Source of the DNA: a virus
Virus genome (UHGV): UHGV-0115009
Reading direction: 5' to 3' (one strand)
Length of the DNA stretch: 35,806 nucleotides
Below, piece after piece: positions 17,779 through 25,931 of this stretch. The notes under the pieces are model-generated. The model was not told the DNA's origin, did not search any database, and worked only from the letters and a program-made list of their open reading frames with translations. The position numbers and the translations under genes were made by a program. The number at the start of each line of letters is the position of its first letter. The stretch's first letter is position 1.

Positions 17779-18109
17779 GGTAATACGCCTGCCTTGCTGC
17801 TTCCTTCGCCGCCTTCGCCTTCTTCTCTTCGGTCTTCTGCCTGAACCTGCGTTCCTCTTCCCGGTACCAGCAGGTTGGGCAGATGCCGTAGCGGGCGGCA
17901 TGGCTTCCCTTCACGATTCGGTTCTCCATGCAAAGCGGGCAAAGATCTGAAAGGCGGCCAGGTTCCTTCCAGGAAAGATTCAGGCGTTGAGCCTTCCGCC
18001 TTACAGCCTTTTCGCTTCTGCCAAGCTGCTCGGCTATCCACCTAGCGCCGTGCTGGACGTTCTCGCGCAGAAAGCGCTCTTCCTCGCGCGTCCATTGCCC
18101 GTGGGTCAT
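17771..18109 (-). CDS. Myb/SANT-like HTH protein with Zn motif (putative regulator)
   Basis: WTREEERFLRE...IAEQLGRSEKAVRRKAQRL followed by CPLC...CPTC. Confidence 0.75.
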   Translation of the reverse strand: MTHGQWTREEERFLRENVQHGARWIAEQLGRSEKAVRRKAQRLNLSWKEPGRLSDLCPLCMENRIVKGSHAARYGICPTCWYREEERRFRQKTEEKKAKAAKEAARQAYYRA

Positions 18110-18162
18110 TTGACCCAAACTATTTGCACCGCTGCACAAAAAACCCACATCCTGCAGAACGG

Positions 18163-18396
18163 CTAGAAAAGGCCGTTTGAAATGTCGCGCAGCATCGCCG
18201 TCAGGGAATCGCCCGTTACGCACGCACGCTTGTGCCCGCAGGAAACGTATTCTTCGCTTCCGTTGACAACGTAAGTAAGCGGATCGTCTTTCAGGTAGTC
18301 ATAGCGACCGCCGCCAGCGGAAATAAGCAAGTCGTTCAGTTCGCAAACAAAGAAGGCTTTTCGCGCAACTTCTCGGGCGTGAAATTCATTTATCAT
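18163..18396 (-). CDS. Hypothetical phage protein
   Basis: AGGAGG RBS; C-terminal VTGDSLTAMLRDI motif. Confidence 0.75.
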   Translation of the reverse strand: MINEFHAREVARKAFFVCELNDLLISAGGGRYDYLKDDPLTYVVNGSEEYVSCGHKRACVTGDSLTAMLRDISNGLF

Positions 18397-18419
18397 TGTT
18401 CCCTCCTGGATGTGATCGT

Positions 18420-18644
18420 TTACGCAACTACCTTTGAACGCGGAACGCGCTCTTCCGTGATTCCCGCCAAGTAGTCAATCGAGCATCCGAATACGGCAGC
18501 AAGATTGACCGCATCAGAGAACAGCAGCGGGGAGGATTCTTCGCGCTCCCATTTGCCAATCACGGCTTCGGATCTGCCGATCTTCTGTCCAAGCTCTTCC
18601 CTGGAAAGCCCGATCTTCTTTCTTTCTGCCAAGATGTTGTTCAT
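18420..18644 (-). CDS. Cro-like XRE HTH regulator
   Basis: ERKKIGLSREELGQKIG.S...IGKWE...LAAVFGCSIDYL; divergent from the repressor. Confidence 0.88.
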   Translation of the reverse strand: MNNILAERKKIGLSREELGQKIGRSEAVIGKWEREESSPLLFSDAVNLAAVFGCSIDYLAGITEERVPRSKVVA

Positions 18645-18693
18645 ATCTTTGCTCCTGTTCCCTCGAATGTATAAGATTCTTGGCTTTATTGAC

Positions 18694-18722
18694 ACTATAG
18701 TTAAGTAATTTGGAATTTGCAA
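18694..18722 (-). promoter_or_regulatory. Sigma70-type lytic (cro) promoter
   Basis: Minus strand TTGCAA-17 nt-TATAGT, 50 bp upstream of the cro start. Confidence 0.7.
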
Positions 18723-18726
18723 GGCT

Positions 18727-18750
18727 AAACATTTACATGCGTATATGTTT
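18727..18750. promoter_or_regulatory. Candidate operator palindrome
   Basis: AAACATTTAC-atgc-GTATATGTTT, 9/10 inverted match, next to the cro -35 box and overlapping the repressor -35 box. Confidence 0.45.
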
Positions 18751-18760
18751 CTTATATATT
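18732..18760 (+). promoter_or_regulatory. Sigma70-type lysogenic (repressor) promoter
   Basis: TTTACA-17 nt-TATATT upstream of the repressor. Confidence 0.6.
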
Positions 18761-18803
18761 TGGTGTTACAAGTTCCACGAACGAGATAAAGGGCGCATAG
18801 AAA

Positions 18804-19160
18804 ATGAATCTCAAACAAAGAAGAAAAGCCCTGAAGCTTACGCAAGGGCAAATGGCAGAAAAGTTTGGACTTACTAGGCAGACCTATCAGAATTACGAGA
18901 ACGGAAAAACAGAACCAACACTCGAAACAGCAGGAAGGATGGCGCAGTTTTTCAATTGCTCCATTTCGGATCTTTTCGACTTGCCAGCTCCGAACATTTC
19001 TTTGACTGAGGAAGAGCGACGGCTTCTGGATCTCTATTTGAAACTAAACGCCGAAGGAAGAAAAAAGCTGATCGGGTATGCCGACGATCTTGTTTGCTCC
19101 GGCAAATACGAGAAAAAAGATATGCAAAATAATTCAGTTTCCGCTAAGGCCAGCGCTTGA
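18804..19160 (+). CDS. CI-like XRE repressor
   Basis: LTQGQMAEKFGLTRQTYQNYENGKTEP HTH plus LTEEERRLLDLY..LN.EGR C-terminal domain. Confidence 0.88.
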   Translation: MNLKQRRKALKLTQGQMAEKFGLTRQTYQNYENGKTEPTLETAGRMAQFFNCSISDLFDLPAPNISLTEEERRLLDLYLKLNAEGRKKLIGYADDLVCSGKYEKKDMQNNSVSAKASA

Positions 19161-19175
19161 AGAAAGGTGATCGCC

Positions 19176-19844
19176 ATGAAACGTATTGCCATTATTGCCG
19201 CCGCCATTATGATTGCCATTTCGATGTTCGGCTGCGCATCGAATGAGCAGCCGGAAAAAAGCTTGGAAGAGCGGACGATTGATAAAACCGAACTTCTGGC
19301 GCTGTGGGATGAATACTGCACGCTTGATGTCGATACCCTTTACCAATCGCGTGAAGGATTTGAATATTCAGGCGCAGCAATGGATTACATAACCTATATG
19401 AATAGCGATTGGATTGGAACACAGGAAGAAATAGACGCTGCCGTTTCCGAAATCAAGCCGCTTCGTGATGCCTACTTCGAGGCAAAAGAAGCAGGGACTC
19501 TTACGCCAATGCTTGCAAGCAGCGGAACAGCTACAGAAACTGCAGAAGAAAGCGCAACTGCAGCGGAAACCAACGCTCTTGAAATGGCAAAACGATACTT
19601 GGACGTTATGCCATTTTCCTATAGCGGTTTGATCGACCAGTTGCAGTACGAAGGCTTTACGGAGCAGGAAGCGGCATACGGAGCAGACAACTGCGCAGCC
19701 GATTGGAACACCCAGGCGGCTCTTGCCGCACAGAATTATTTAGACATTATGCCCTTTTCGAGGGATGGACTTATTGATCAGCTAACGCACGACGGATACA
19801 CAACCGAGCAAGCGGAACACGGAGCTGATTCCGTTGGCCTGTAA
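19176..19844 (+). CDS. Ltp-family superinfection exclusion lipoprotein
   Basis: Signal peptide with lipobox MFGC; two repeats A..YL..MPFS..GLIDQL..(E/D)G(F/Y)T.(Q/E).A..GAD. Confidence 0.85.
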   Translation: MKRIAIIAAAIMIAISMFGCASNEQPEKSLEERTIDKTELLALWDEYCTLDVDTLYQSREGFEYSGAAMDYITYMNSDWIGTQEEIDAAVSEIKPLRDAYFEAKEAGTLTPMLASSGTATETAEESATAAETNALEMAKRYLDVMPFSYSGLIDQLQYEGFTEQEAAYGADNCAADWNTQAALAAQNYLDIMPFSRDGLIDQLTHDGYTTEQAEHGADSVGL

Positions 19845-21381
19845 TAAGCGCGGATACATATACGCACGGTTTAGCAGCGATAACCAGCGGGAAGTATCTA
19901 TTGATGACCAGATCAAGGCTGGCAAGGATTTCTGCGAAGCGAACGGCATCCAGGTTGCCGGCTGCTATTCGGATTACGCGCTGACCGGAAGGAACGACAA
20001 CCGCCCCGATTTTAAGCGCATGATGCGTGAAATAGACGGATGCGACATCGTTGTTATCTGGAACACCGACCGCCTGCACCGCAACATGTTCAATGCGTTC
20101 AAGTACCTTGGCGAGCTGATCGGCGCGGGAAAGGATTTCGCAAGCGTCACGCAGCCGGAACTCAACGGTGAAAGCGAAGTGCGCTTGCTGCTCTATTCGA
20201 TCTACACGTGGAAGGATCAGCGATACAGCGAAGATCTAAGCGCCAACGTTTCGCGCGGCATGCGCGGCAAGGCGGAGCGCTGCGAATACCTTGGCTACAG
20301 CAAGTTCGGCTATGGCCATGAGGGCAACGCCATCACCGTGAACCAGGATGAAGCGGAAACAGTGTGCAAGATGCATGAGATGTGGCAGAGCGGCACGACC
20401 ATCGCAGGCATAGCCCGCATGTTGAAAGACATGGGCGTTGCAACTTCACGCGGCACTGATCCAGGCTACAACTTCGTGCGCGCCGTCCTTCTGGATGAAA
20501 GCTACACGGGCGTGTACATTTGGGATGACATTCGCGTGGAAGGCGGCATGCCTGCCATCATTTCGCGGGCGTGCTACGAAAAGACCTTGCGGCGCTTCCA
20601 GTTCCGCCCCAGGAAGAAGGAAGCGCGCGACTACATGCTTTCCGGTCGGCTGATCTGCGGCACGTGCCATGAGTACATGCACGGCGAGAAAGCGAAGGGC
20701 GGCAAAGCCGTCTACTACTGCTGCAAAGGAAAGCGGAAAGCATGCCAGGGCAACATCAGGGCGGAACAGCTTGAAGATCGCGTTGTCGAAGTGGTGCGCG
20801 GGATCTTCTGCGATTACGATAACTGCAAGCGCGTGGTTGATTTCGTCCTGGATGCGCAAAGCGAGGAAGCGCCCAGAACCGATATTGAAGGATACGAAAA
20901 GCAGCTGAAGAACATCGCCAGGAAGCGCCAGAACCTAGTTAAAGCCATTGCAGAGGGCTTGCCTATGGATGATGCTAGGGAAACGCTAGACGGGCTTTCC
21001 AGGCAGGCCGCAACCATCGAGAGACGCATTGAAGAAGCCCAGAAGGTGAACGCTCACCTTGATGCCGACGCGCTTTACGAAATCCTGGATGCCGTGCGCC
21101 GGGGCGAATTCACTGATGCCGAAGTGCTGGAAACCTTTGTCAGCGAGGTATACCTATACAATGACTGTATCGCTATCGTAACCAACCTGGACGGTTCAAA
21201 TACTGAACCGATGGAAGTTTTTGCAGCCCTGGAAAAAGAAGAACCCGCACCCTTCGAAAAGGGTACGGGTAACATTCAAATGGTGGGGCATCGAAATCCT
21301 AACACGTACCTATGCTCATGCACCGTAGTCGTGTTGTCAACCGCAATCGCAATGATTGCCCCTTTGCAGAAGGCTTCCTAG
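19834..21381 (+). CDS. Large serine recombinase (integrase)
   Basis: YARFSSDNQ catalytic motif, DRLHRN, recombinase domain, zinc ribbon CGTC...YYCC...C and coiled coil. Confidence 0.95.
   Translation: MACNKRGYIYARFSSDNQREVSIDDQIKAGKDFCEANGIQVAGCYSDYALTGRNDNRPDFKRMMREIDGCDIVVIWNTDRLHRNMFNAFKYLGELIGAGKDFASVTQPELNGESEVRLLLYSIYTWKDQRYSEDLSANVSRGMRGKAERCEYLGYSKFGYGHEGNAITVNQDEAETVCKMHEMWQSGTTIAGIARMLKDMGVATSRGTDPGYNFVRAVLLDESYTGVYIWDDIRVEGGMPAIISRACYEKTLRRFQFRPRKKEARDYMLSGRLICGTCHEYMHGEKAKGGKAVYYCCKGKRKACQGNIRAEQLEDRVVEVVRGIFCDYDNCKRVVDFVLDAQSEEAPRTDIEGYEKQLKNIARKRQNLVKAIAEGLPMDDARETLDGLSRQAATIERRIEEAQKVNAHLDADALYEILDAVRRGEFTDAEVLETFVSEVYLYNDCIAIVTNLDGSNTEPMEVFAALEKEEPAPFEKGTGNIQMVGHRNPNTYLCSCTVVVLSTAIAMIAPLQKAS
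21233..21270 (-). terminator. Rho-independent terminator (minus strand)
   Basis: ACCCGTACCCTT-TTCG-AAGGGTGCGGGT 12-bp stem (one G-U pair) followed by TCTTCTTTTT. Confidence 0.7.
21262..21310. other. Candidate attP inside the integrase gene
   Basis: Outer inverted repeats GGTACGGGTA / AACACGTACC span 49 bp, centred on TGGTGGGGCAT (antisense of a tRNA-like ATGCCCCACCA end). Confidence 0.55.
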
Positions 21382-22698
21382 CTATTTCTTTCGGACGTAT
21401 TGCTTCCCCTGCCAAGCAAGGCAGATCCAGCCGCTAGGAATCATTCCCCATGGATTGCCGGCAGAATCGTACTGGATCTGCATCACCGTTACCGCCGTCC
21501 CCGCATTAAGCTGTCCGGCAGAGTTTGAGTGCTTTTGCCCATCAGCAGTTAGCTGCTTCTTTGTTTTTCGGGAGTATCCCGTGCCAGCGCCTGTTCGAAC
21601 GTTCAGGCATCCAACAGTTGTGACGTATGTACCGGTTTCGTATCCAGCGCTTCCGCCGCCGCTGCCGTACAGCGCCGCTTGCGTTTTCGGGCCAGCGATG
21701 CCGTCAACCTCAAGGCCGTTGTCTTTCTGGAATTTGCGAACGGCTGCGTCCGTGTCGCTGCCGAAGCTTCCATCAACGCCGCTGCTTCCGCAGGAATATC
21801 CCTTCGCAATGAGGGCGCTTTGCAGCTTGCGCACTTCGTCACCAGTCCAGCCCTTGCACGGGTAGCTGCTGGAAGCAAGGCTTCCGCCGCTGCTGCTTGC
21901 ATACAGCGCCGCTTGCGTTTTCGGGCCAGCGATGCCGTCAACCTCAAGGCCGTTGTCTTTCTGGAATTTGCGAACGGCTGCGTCCGTGTCGCTGCCGAAG
22001 CTTCCATCAACGCCGCTGCTTCCGCAGGAATATCCCTTCGCAATGAGGGCGCTTTGCAGCTTGCGCACTTCGTCACCAGTCCAGCCCTTGCACGGGTAGC
22101 TGCTGGAAGCAAGGCTTCCGCCGCTAGAGCCAGAACTCATGCCGTTGCTGGAAACGATGGCATCAACGACGATCACCGCATGGCCATCCCTGACCAGAAC
22201 ATCGCCATGCTGGCAGCTTGCGAAGCTGCTGAAATTGAGTGTGTCGAAATAAGCCGTCGGAACCTTGCTTTTGAAGTTGCTGGTAGCAGGCAGGTTACCG
22301 CCAGCATAAAGCGCGTTGCAAGCCGCGCTTCCCGCTGCATTGCCAAGCACAAGGTAAACGCCGCATATCATCACCAGGCCGGCGAGCGCGGAGCAATCAG
22401 TTTCGCAAGCTGTCTTGATGTCTGCAAGCTTCCATCCCACGGCTTTGGCCTGCGTAAGCACAGTGTTCCGCTGGTATTGGTCATAGCCGATGTACGGATT
22501 TGCGACCGCCGCCTTCGCTTGCTCGCAGATCTGCTTTCGCACGGTTTCGTTCTTCGCGCGCACAACGTACAGCCACGGGCGCGAAGAAGACGAATACAGT
22601 TCACGGGTGTTGAGCTCTTTCCCGTTTTGGTTTCCGGCAGATCCGCCGGAAATGTTTCCATGTTCGTCAATGGATGCCTGTGCTAGGTATTTAGCCAT
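21382..22698 (-). CDS. Endolysin: NlpC/P60-like domain, two PG_binding_1 domains, SH3-like C-terminus
   Basis: GYDQ, ETDCSAL and GDVL...GH catalytic-like motifs; two EVRKLQ...VDGSFG..T..AVRKFQ..NGL.VDGIAGPKT repeats; LNVRTGAGT.Y...GWICL. Confidence 0.92.
   Translation of the reverse strand: MAKYLAQASIDEHGNISGGSAGNQNGKELNTRELYSSSSRPWLYVVRAKNETVRKQICEQAKAAVANPYIGYDQYQRNTVLTQAKAVGWKLADIKTACETDCSALAGLVMICGVYLVLGNAAGSAACNALYAGGNLPATSNFKSKVPTAYFDTLNFSSFASCQHGDVLVRDGHAVIVVDAIVSSNGMSSGSSGGSLASSSYPCKGWTGDEVRKLQSALIAKGYSCGSSGVDGSFGSDTDAAVRKFQKDNGLEVDGIAGPKTQAALYASSSGGSLASSSYPCKGWTGDEVRKLQSALIAKGYSCGSSGVDGSFGSDTDAAVRKFQKDNGLEVDGIAGPKTQAALYGSGGGSAGYETGTYVTTVGCLNVRTGAGTGYSRKTKKQLTADGQKHSNSAGQLNAGTAVTVMQIQYDSAGNPWGMIPSGWICLAWQGKQYVRKK
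21668..22125. repeat. Two identical 224-bp direct repeats (21668-21891, 21902-22125)
   Basis: Base-by-base comparison shows no differences; 234-bp period; each encodes a PG-binding domain. Confidence 0.95.
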
Positions 22699-23399
22699 TA
22701 TCCAACGCCCCTTTCATCCATAAGTTGAAGAGCAGTCAAAACATCGGTCACGTAAACGGACTGCATGCCCATCGCGTTGAAGACCTTTTCGAACTGCATG
22801 CGCTCATACGTGGTGTCTCCGCGCAGCGGGTCTATGCACGAAACTTCCGTCTCTCCAACGGCAGTGATGGTCACGCAATGAGGATTGCGGAACAGCCCGT
22901 AGCCGTCCTGCGTGCGAACGGGCTCCGCAACGTCGGCAAGATCGATGCTGACCCACACTGTGCATGGCGTTGGAAGATCTGCCAGCGACGTTCCCGTAAG
23001 TTCAACGGCAGCCAAGTCTTCTTCGGATTCAAGGAACCCGTTGATCGTTTCCGTGATGCACGGTGCGCTGCACGTCCAGCCGGTTTCGGAATACGGATCG
23101 CCAAGAAATGAATTAACGAAATCCGTGTCAGACTTCGGCAGCGCATCCGCCATTTCCGTTTTTGTGACGGGAACGCCGTTCATGCGCAGCAGCGTTGCCG
23201 CAGCAGTTGCCTCGCAGCCGGTAGGCAGCTCGGGAAGCTGCATATCCTCCCCGTAGTTGAACACCCAGGTATACGGCGTGTCGTTAACTGCAAGCGTTTC
23301 GTCAGCTTGCGTGCGCTCCGTAATTGAAGGAACGCACGACGAAAGAAGGAACGCGCAGCACAGCGCTGCCGCCGCGCAGAAAAAGCTATTCCGCCGCAT
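22698..23399 (-). CDS. Peptidase C39-like lipoprotein
   Basis: Lipobox LSSC; QLPELPTGCEATAAATLL, PHCVTI and DPL give a Cys-His-Asp set. Confidence 0.8.
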   Translation of the reverse strand: MRRNSFFCAAAALCCAFLLSSCVPSITERTQADETLAVNDTPYTWVFNYGEDMQLPELPTGCEATAAATLLRMNGVPVTKTEMADALPKSDTDFVNSFLGDPYSETGWTCSAPCITETINGFLESEEDLAAVELTGTSLADLPTPCTVWVSIDLADVAEPVRTQDGYGLFRNPHCVTITAVGETEVSCIDPLRGDTTYERMQFEKVFNAMGMQSVYVTDVLTALQLMDERGVG

Positions 23400-23670
23400 C
23401 GCTGGTGTCCGTTCCGCCGGAAAGAACCTTCTCGACAACATCCTTGGCGGTGGTGGATGCGGTAATGGAAATCGTGCTTGACTTGACGTTTGCGGCATCC
23501 ACGTAGGCTTCCGCCGCAGCGTAGATCGCAGCGGAAACAACGGTGCTGGTGATGCCGATGCCGACGATTACCTGGTTGTCGATGGCGAATCCGGCGATGG
23601 AGCCGCCGACCGATGCCAGGAAAGCCGCAACGGCAATCCAAAACTTCCTGCTTTGCAGTTTTTCAGCCAT
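23386..23670 (-). CDS. Holin
   Basis: KLQSRKFWIAVAAF...YAAAEAYVDA with two TM helices. Confidence 0.78.
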   Translation of the reverse strand: MAEKLQSRKFWIAVAAFLASVGGSIAGFAIDNQVIVGIGITSTVVSAAIYAAAEAYVDAANVKSSTISITASTTAKDVVEKVLSGGTDTSDAAE

Positions 23671-23995
23671 GATTTTTCCCTTCTTCGTTTTGAGCGCTCG
23701 TATTGAGCGCATCCTGTTCAATGTCGCTTTCAGCTATGCCGAGGCGGGTAAGCCATTGGTTCTGCTTCGCCTTGATCGGCGTTCCTTCTTTTGCCATCTT
23801 CAGGCGCGCCAAAGCGACCGTTTCGCCGATGAACAGCGCGGCGGTGGCTACTGTCATTTCAGATGGAAGGAATGAAAGAGTTTGGGCGTAGAAATGCGCC
23901 TGGAACAGGATGTAGCCAACCCACGTCGCGTACATAAACGCGATGATCACCGTTGACCCTTTGATCGCACGGCGCGCGTGCTTCCCCCGTGCCAT
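23663..23995 (-). CDS. Two-TM membrane protein in lysis cassette
   Basis: Two hydrophobic segments; position among lysis genes. Confidence 0.65.
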   Translation of the reverse strand: MARGKHARRAIKGSTVIIAFMYATWVGYILFQAHFYAQTLSFLPSEMTVATAALFIGETVALARLKMAKEGTPIKAKQNQWLTRLGIAESDIEQDALNTSAQNEEGKNHG

Positions 23996-24001
23996 CGCTG
24001 C

Positions 24002-24322
24002 CTACTCGGTAAGCAGGTACGGGCGGATAGCCATAAGATCTTTGATGAAAGGCTTCGCGCTGCCGTTACCGCCTAGATCCGTGTACGAGCTGCACAGGCT
24101 CTGGATTTCGTGATAGCGCTCAACACTCATGCGCTCGCCTTTGATGACGTAGCGTTCGTGCGTGTCCAGGATCTCTTTTCGCGCGATTGTTTTCAGGATT
24201 TCGCGCTCCGCCTTCTCGCGCTTCCCAAGGCGCTTCACCTGCGCTGCCAGGAAACCGAGTGCAGCGGAAACCAGAACGGTAACGATGGTGACGAAGCCGT
24301 TTTCAAAAGCTATTTCAGCCAT
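24002..24322 (-). CDS. Holin-like membrane protein
   Basis: N-terminal TM helix and YTDLGGNG motif common in Gram-positive phage lysis cassettes. Confidence 0.7.
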   Translation of the reverse strand: MAEIAFENGFVTIVTVLVSAALGFLAAQVKRLGKREKAEREILKTIARKEILDTHERYVIKGERMSVERYHEIQSLCSSYTDLGGNGSAKPFIKDLMAIRPYLLTE

Positions 24323-24333
24323 CTGCAACACGA

Positions 24334-24564
24334 CTATTCCTGGTTTGCAGCGGAACGGGCTTCAAGCTCCTGCTCGCAGTTGTTGATGATCTCTACTCGC
24401 TCATGGATGATCGCCAACGTTTCCTGCCACTCTTCGTCGTCAAGATCGCCACGGAAGCGCTTCATCTGTTTGTAATCAAGATCCTTGATGATGATCTTCG
24501 CTGCGTTGATCTCGTTCTGCAGCTCTTCATCGGTCATTTCTGAAATGGTGGCGTTTTCGGCCAT
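24334..24564 (-). CDS. Small acidic tail-fibre-associated protein
   Basis: DLDYKQMK..G.L..EEW......R..IN..E pattern typical of genes following tail fibres; AAAGGAG RBS. Confidence 0.55.
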   Translation of the reverse strand: MAENATISEMTDEELQNEINAAKIIIKDLDYKQMKRFRGDLDDEEWQETLAIIHERVEIINNCEQELEARSAANQE

Positions 24565-24610
24565 GGTTGCTCCTTTCCACTTATGCCATGCGGAAAGGAT
24601 ATTGGCGGCG

Positions 24611-25720
24611 TTACAGGTGCAGGCTTCGGTAAAGCCGCTCCACGCTAATGCGCGCATGATAGGCGCGAAGCCCAGACCATGAGCCGACCATAGACTGGAA
24701 GCTACTGTTCGCCTGGTCTTCGGTCATAATGCCAAGATCAACCATGCGCGCATGCTTTTTGACTTTTCGACGCGTGGTCGTGATAGACGTGCGCGAAGGT
24801 CGCATCACGACGCTTCCGTTATCGCCGTAGCATACCCTCTTCTTTAGGAACGTGAATCCCTTCGAAAGCTTGCAGATGCGCGTTTTCCGATTGTTCACCG
24901 TTATGCCCAGCTGCGCGCACTTGTCCTTCAGCATCATGGCGCAGTAATACAGATATTCCTTGTCAACGTGTATCGCATAGCTGTCGTCCATATAGCGCGC
25001 GTAGGCTTCAAGGCCAAGGCACTCGCAAGCGAAATGGTCAACCGGATTCGGCAGCGCGACGGCTTCGATCTGGTTGGGCTCGCTCCACAATCCAAGCCCC
25101 CTTTCGCCCTGCACGTCAACGAAATGCAAAGCTAGTTCCAGGGCTCTTTCATCCAGGATGTACTTGCGCAGCATTCGCTTTACCGTGCAGTGGTCAATGG
25201 ACGCGAAGTAATCACTGTAATCCATAAGCAGAATGTAGCCTTCACTGCCGTGCCGTTGCCAATGCCTCGTTAGATCGCGCTTCAGCATCGCAAGCGCGTA
25301 GCTCACGCCTTTGCCTTTGATGTTGGCGGAATTCCGGTCTATAAGTGATGGCTTGATCGACGGGATAAGCACGTTTTGGGTGAGCGCCTTCTGTGGAACG
25401 CGTTCACTAAAATGCACGGAAGAGATATGCCGTTTCTTTCCGCGCTCAACGATGTCGAACTCGTGGAAGCCCCTGCAAACTTCACGGCCTGCCATGAGGT
25501 CGTTGTGCGTCTTGTTTATGTTCAGCAGCCAATCTATCTGATAGCGTTGCGTGGAAGCCTTCCAGGAAACGCCGCGCGACGCTTGGCGCTGCGCCTTGTG
25601 CAGCGCGTTAAGATCGCACATCGTTTCCAGCGTGCATGCTTCGGTGCGCGCTTCTTTCTTGGCCATGCGCTGCGCTTCGCGCCTGGCTCTTCTAGCTGCT
25701 TTTCTTTCTTCAGAATTCAT
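24611..25720 (-). CDS. DGR reverse transcriptase
   Basis: ERGKKRHI, ERVPQKAL, AN.KGKG, DYSDYFASIDH, GLGLWSEPNQ, RYMDD (24983-24994) and FTFL motifs; 369 aa with no intron maturase or endonuclease domain. Confidence 0.95.
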   Translation of the reverse strand: MNSEERKAARRARREAQRMAKKEARTEACTLETMCDLNALHKAQRQASRGVSWKASTQRYQIDWLLNINKTHNDLMAGREVCRGFHEFDIVERGKKRHISSVHFSERVPQKALTQNVLIPSIKPSLIDRNSANIKGKGVSYALAMLKRDLTRHWQRHGSEGYILLMDYSDYFASIDHCTVKRMLRKYILDERALELALHFVDVQGERGLGLWSEPNQIEAVALPNPVDHFACECLGLEAYARYMDDSYAIHVDKEYLYYCAMMLKDKCAQLGITVNNRKTRICKLSKGFTFLKKRVCYGDNGSVVMRPSRTSITTTRRKVKKHARMVDLGIMTEDQANSSFQSMVGSWSGLRAYHARISVERLYRSLHL

Positions 25721-25931
25721 GGATGCACCTTGCACGGCTCCCATTGGATGCCGAAACAGCCGCGTGGTGCAGGTGGCATGAAATGCCGCCCGGCATCCAG
25801 GGCGGCACCATGCAAGAAGCGTCCGCCACCGCCCGCAAGGTGCTCATTTGCGGCCAACAGGCCGAAGGTCACGGCTTCCTTCCAATGAGGCGCTGCTTTC
25901 GGATTTCTCCTACTAGGTCTGGCCGATGTCG
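25721..25931 (-). ncRNA. Structured DGR spacer RNA between TR and RT
   Basis: Non-coding, with several complementary segments (25745-53/25791-99; 25784-91/25800-07; 25729-34/25811-16). Confidence 0.5.

Noticed and set aside
127..17950. Many long plus-strand ORFs (e.g. 1897-2796, 4720-5706, 16089-17174)
   Set aside because: They are antisense shadows of well-supported minus-strand genes, as expected in GC-rich DNA.
18689..18716. Perfect TTGACA as a plus-strand -35 box
   Set aside because: No good -10 at 17 nt spacing; it overlaps the better minus-strand promoter.
21281..21300. tRNA gene
   Set aside because: Only an 11-nt 3'-end mimic is present; no full cloverleaf can be built.
21668..22125. 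CRISPR array or IS-related repeat
   Set aside because: These are two long in-frame coding repeats with no spacers, transposase or cas genes.
24010..24030. Short similarity to the VR 3' end (AAGCAGG..CGGGCGGAT) as a possible second DGR target
   Set aside because: The match is under 20 bp, gapped, and does not extend; it is a coincidental IRP codon match. I saw no second VR by eye.
24611..25720. RT as a group II intron, retron or Abi RT
   Set aside because: Its size, the adjacent avd and the adenine-specific TR/VR pair identify it as a DGR RT.
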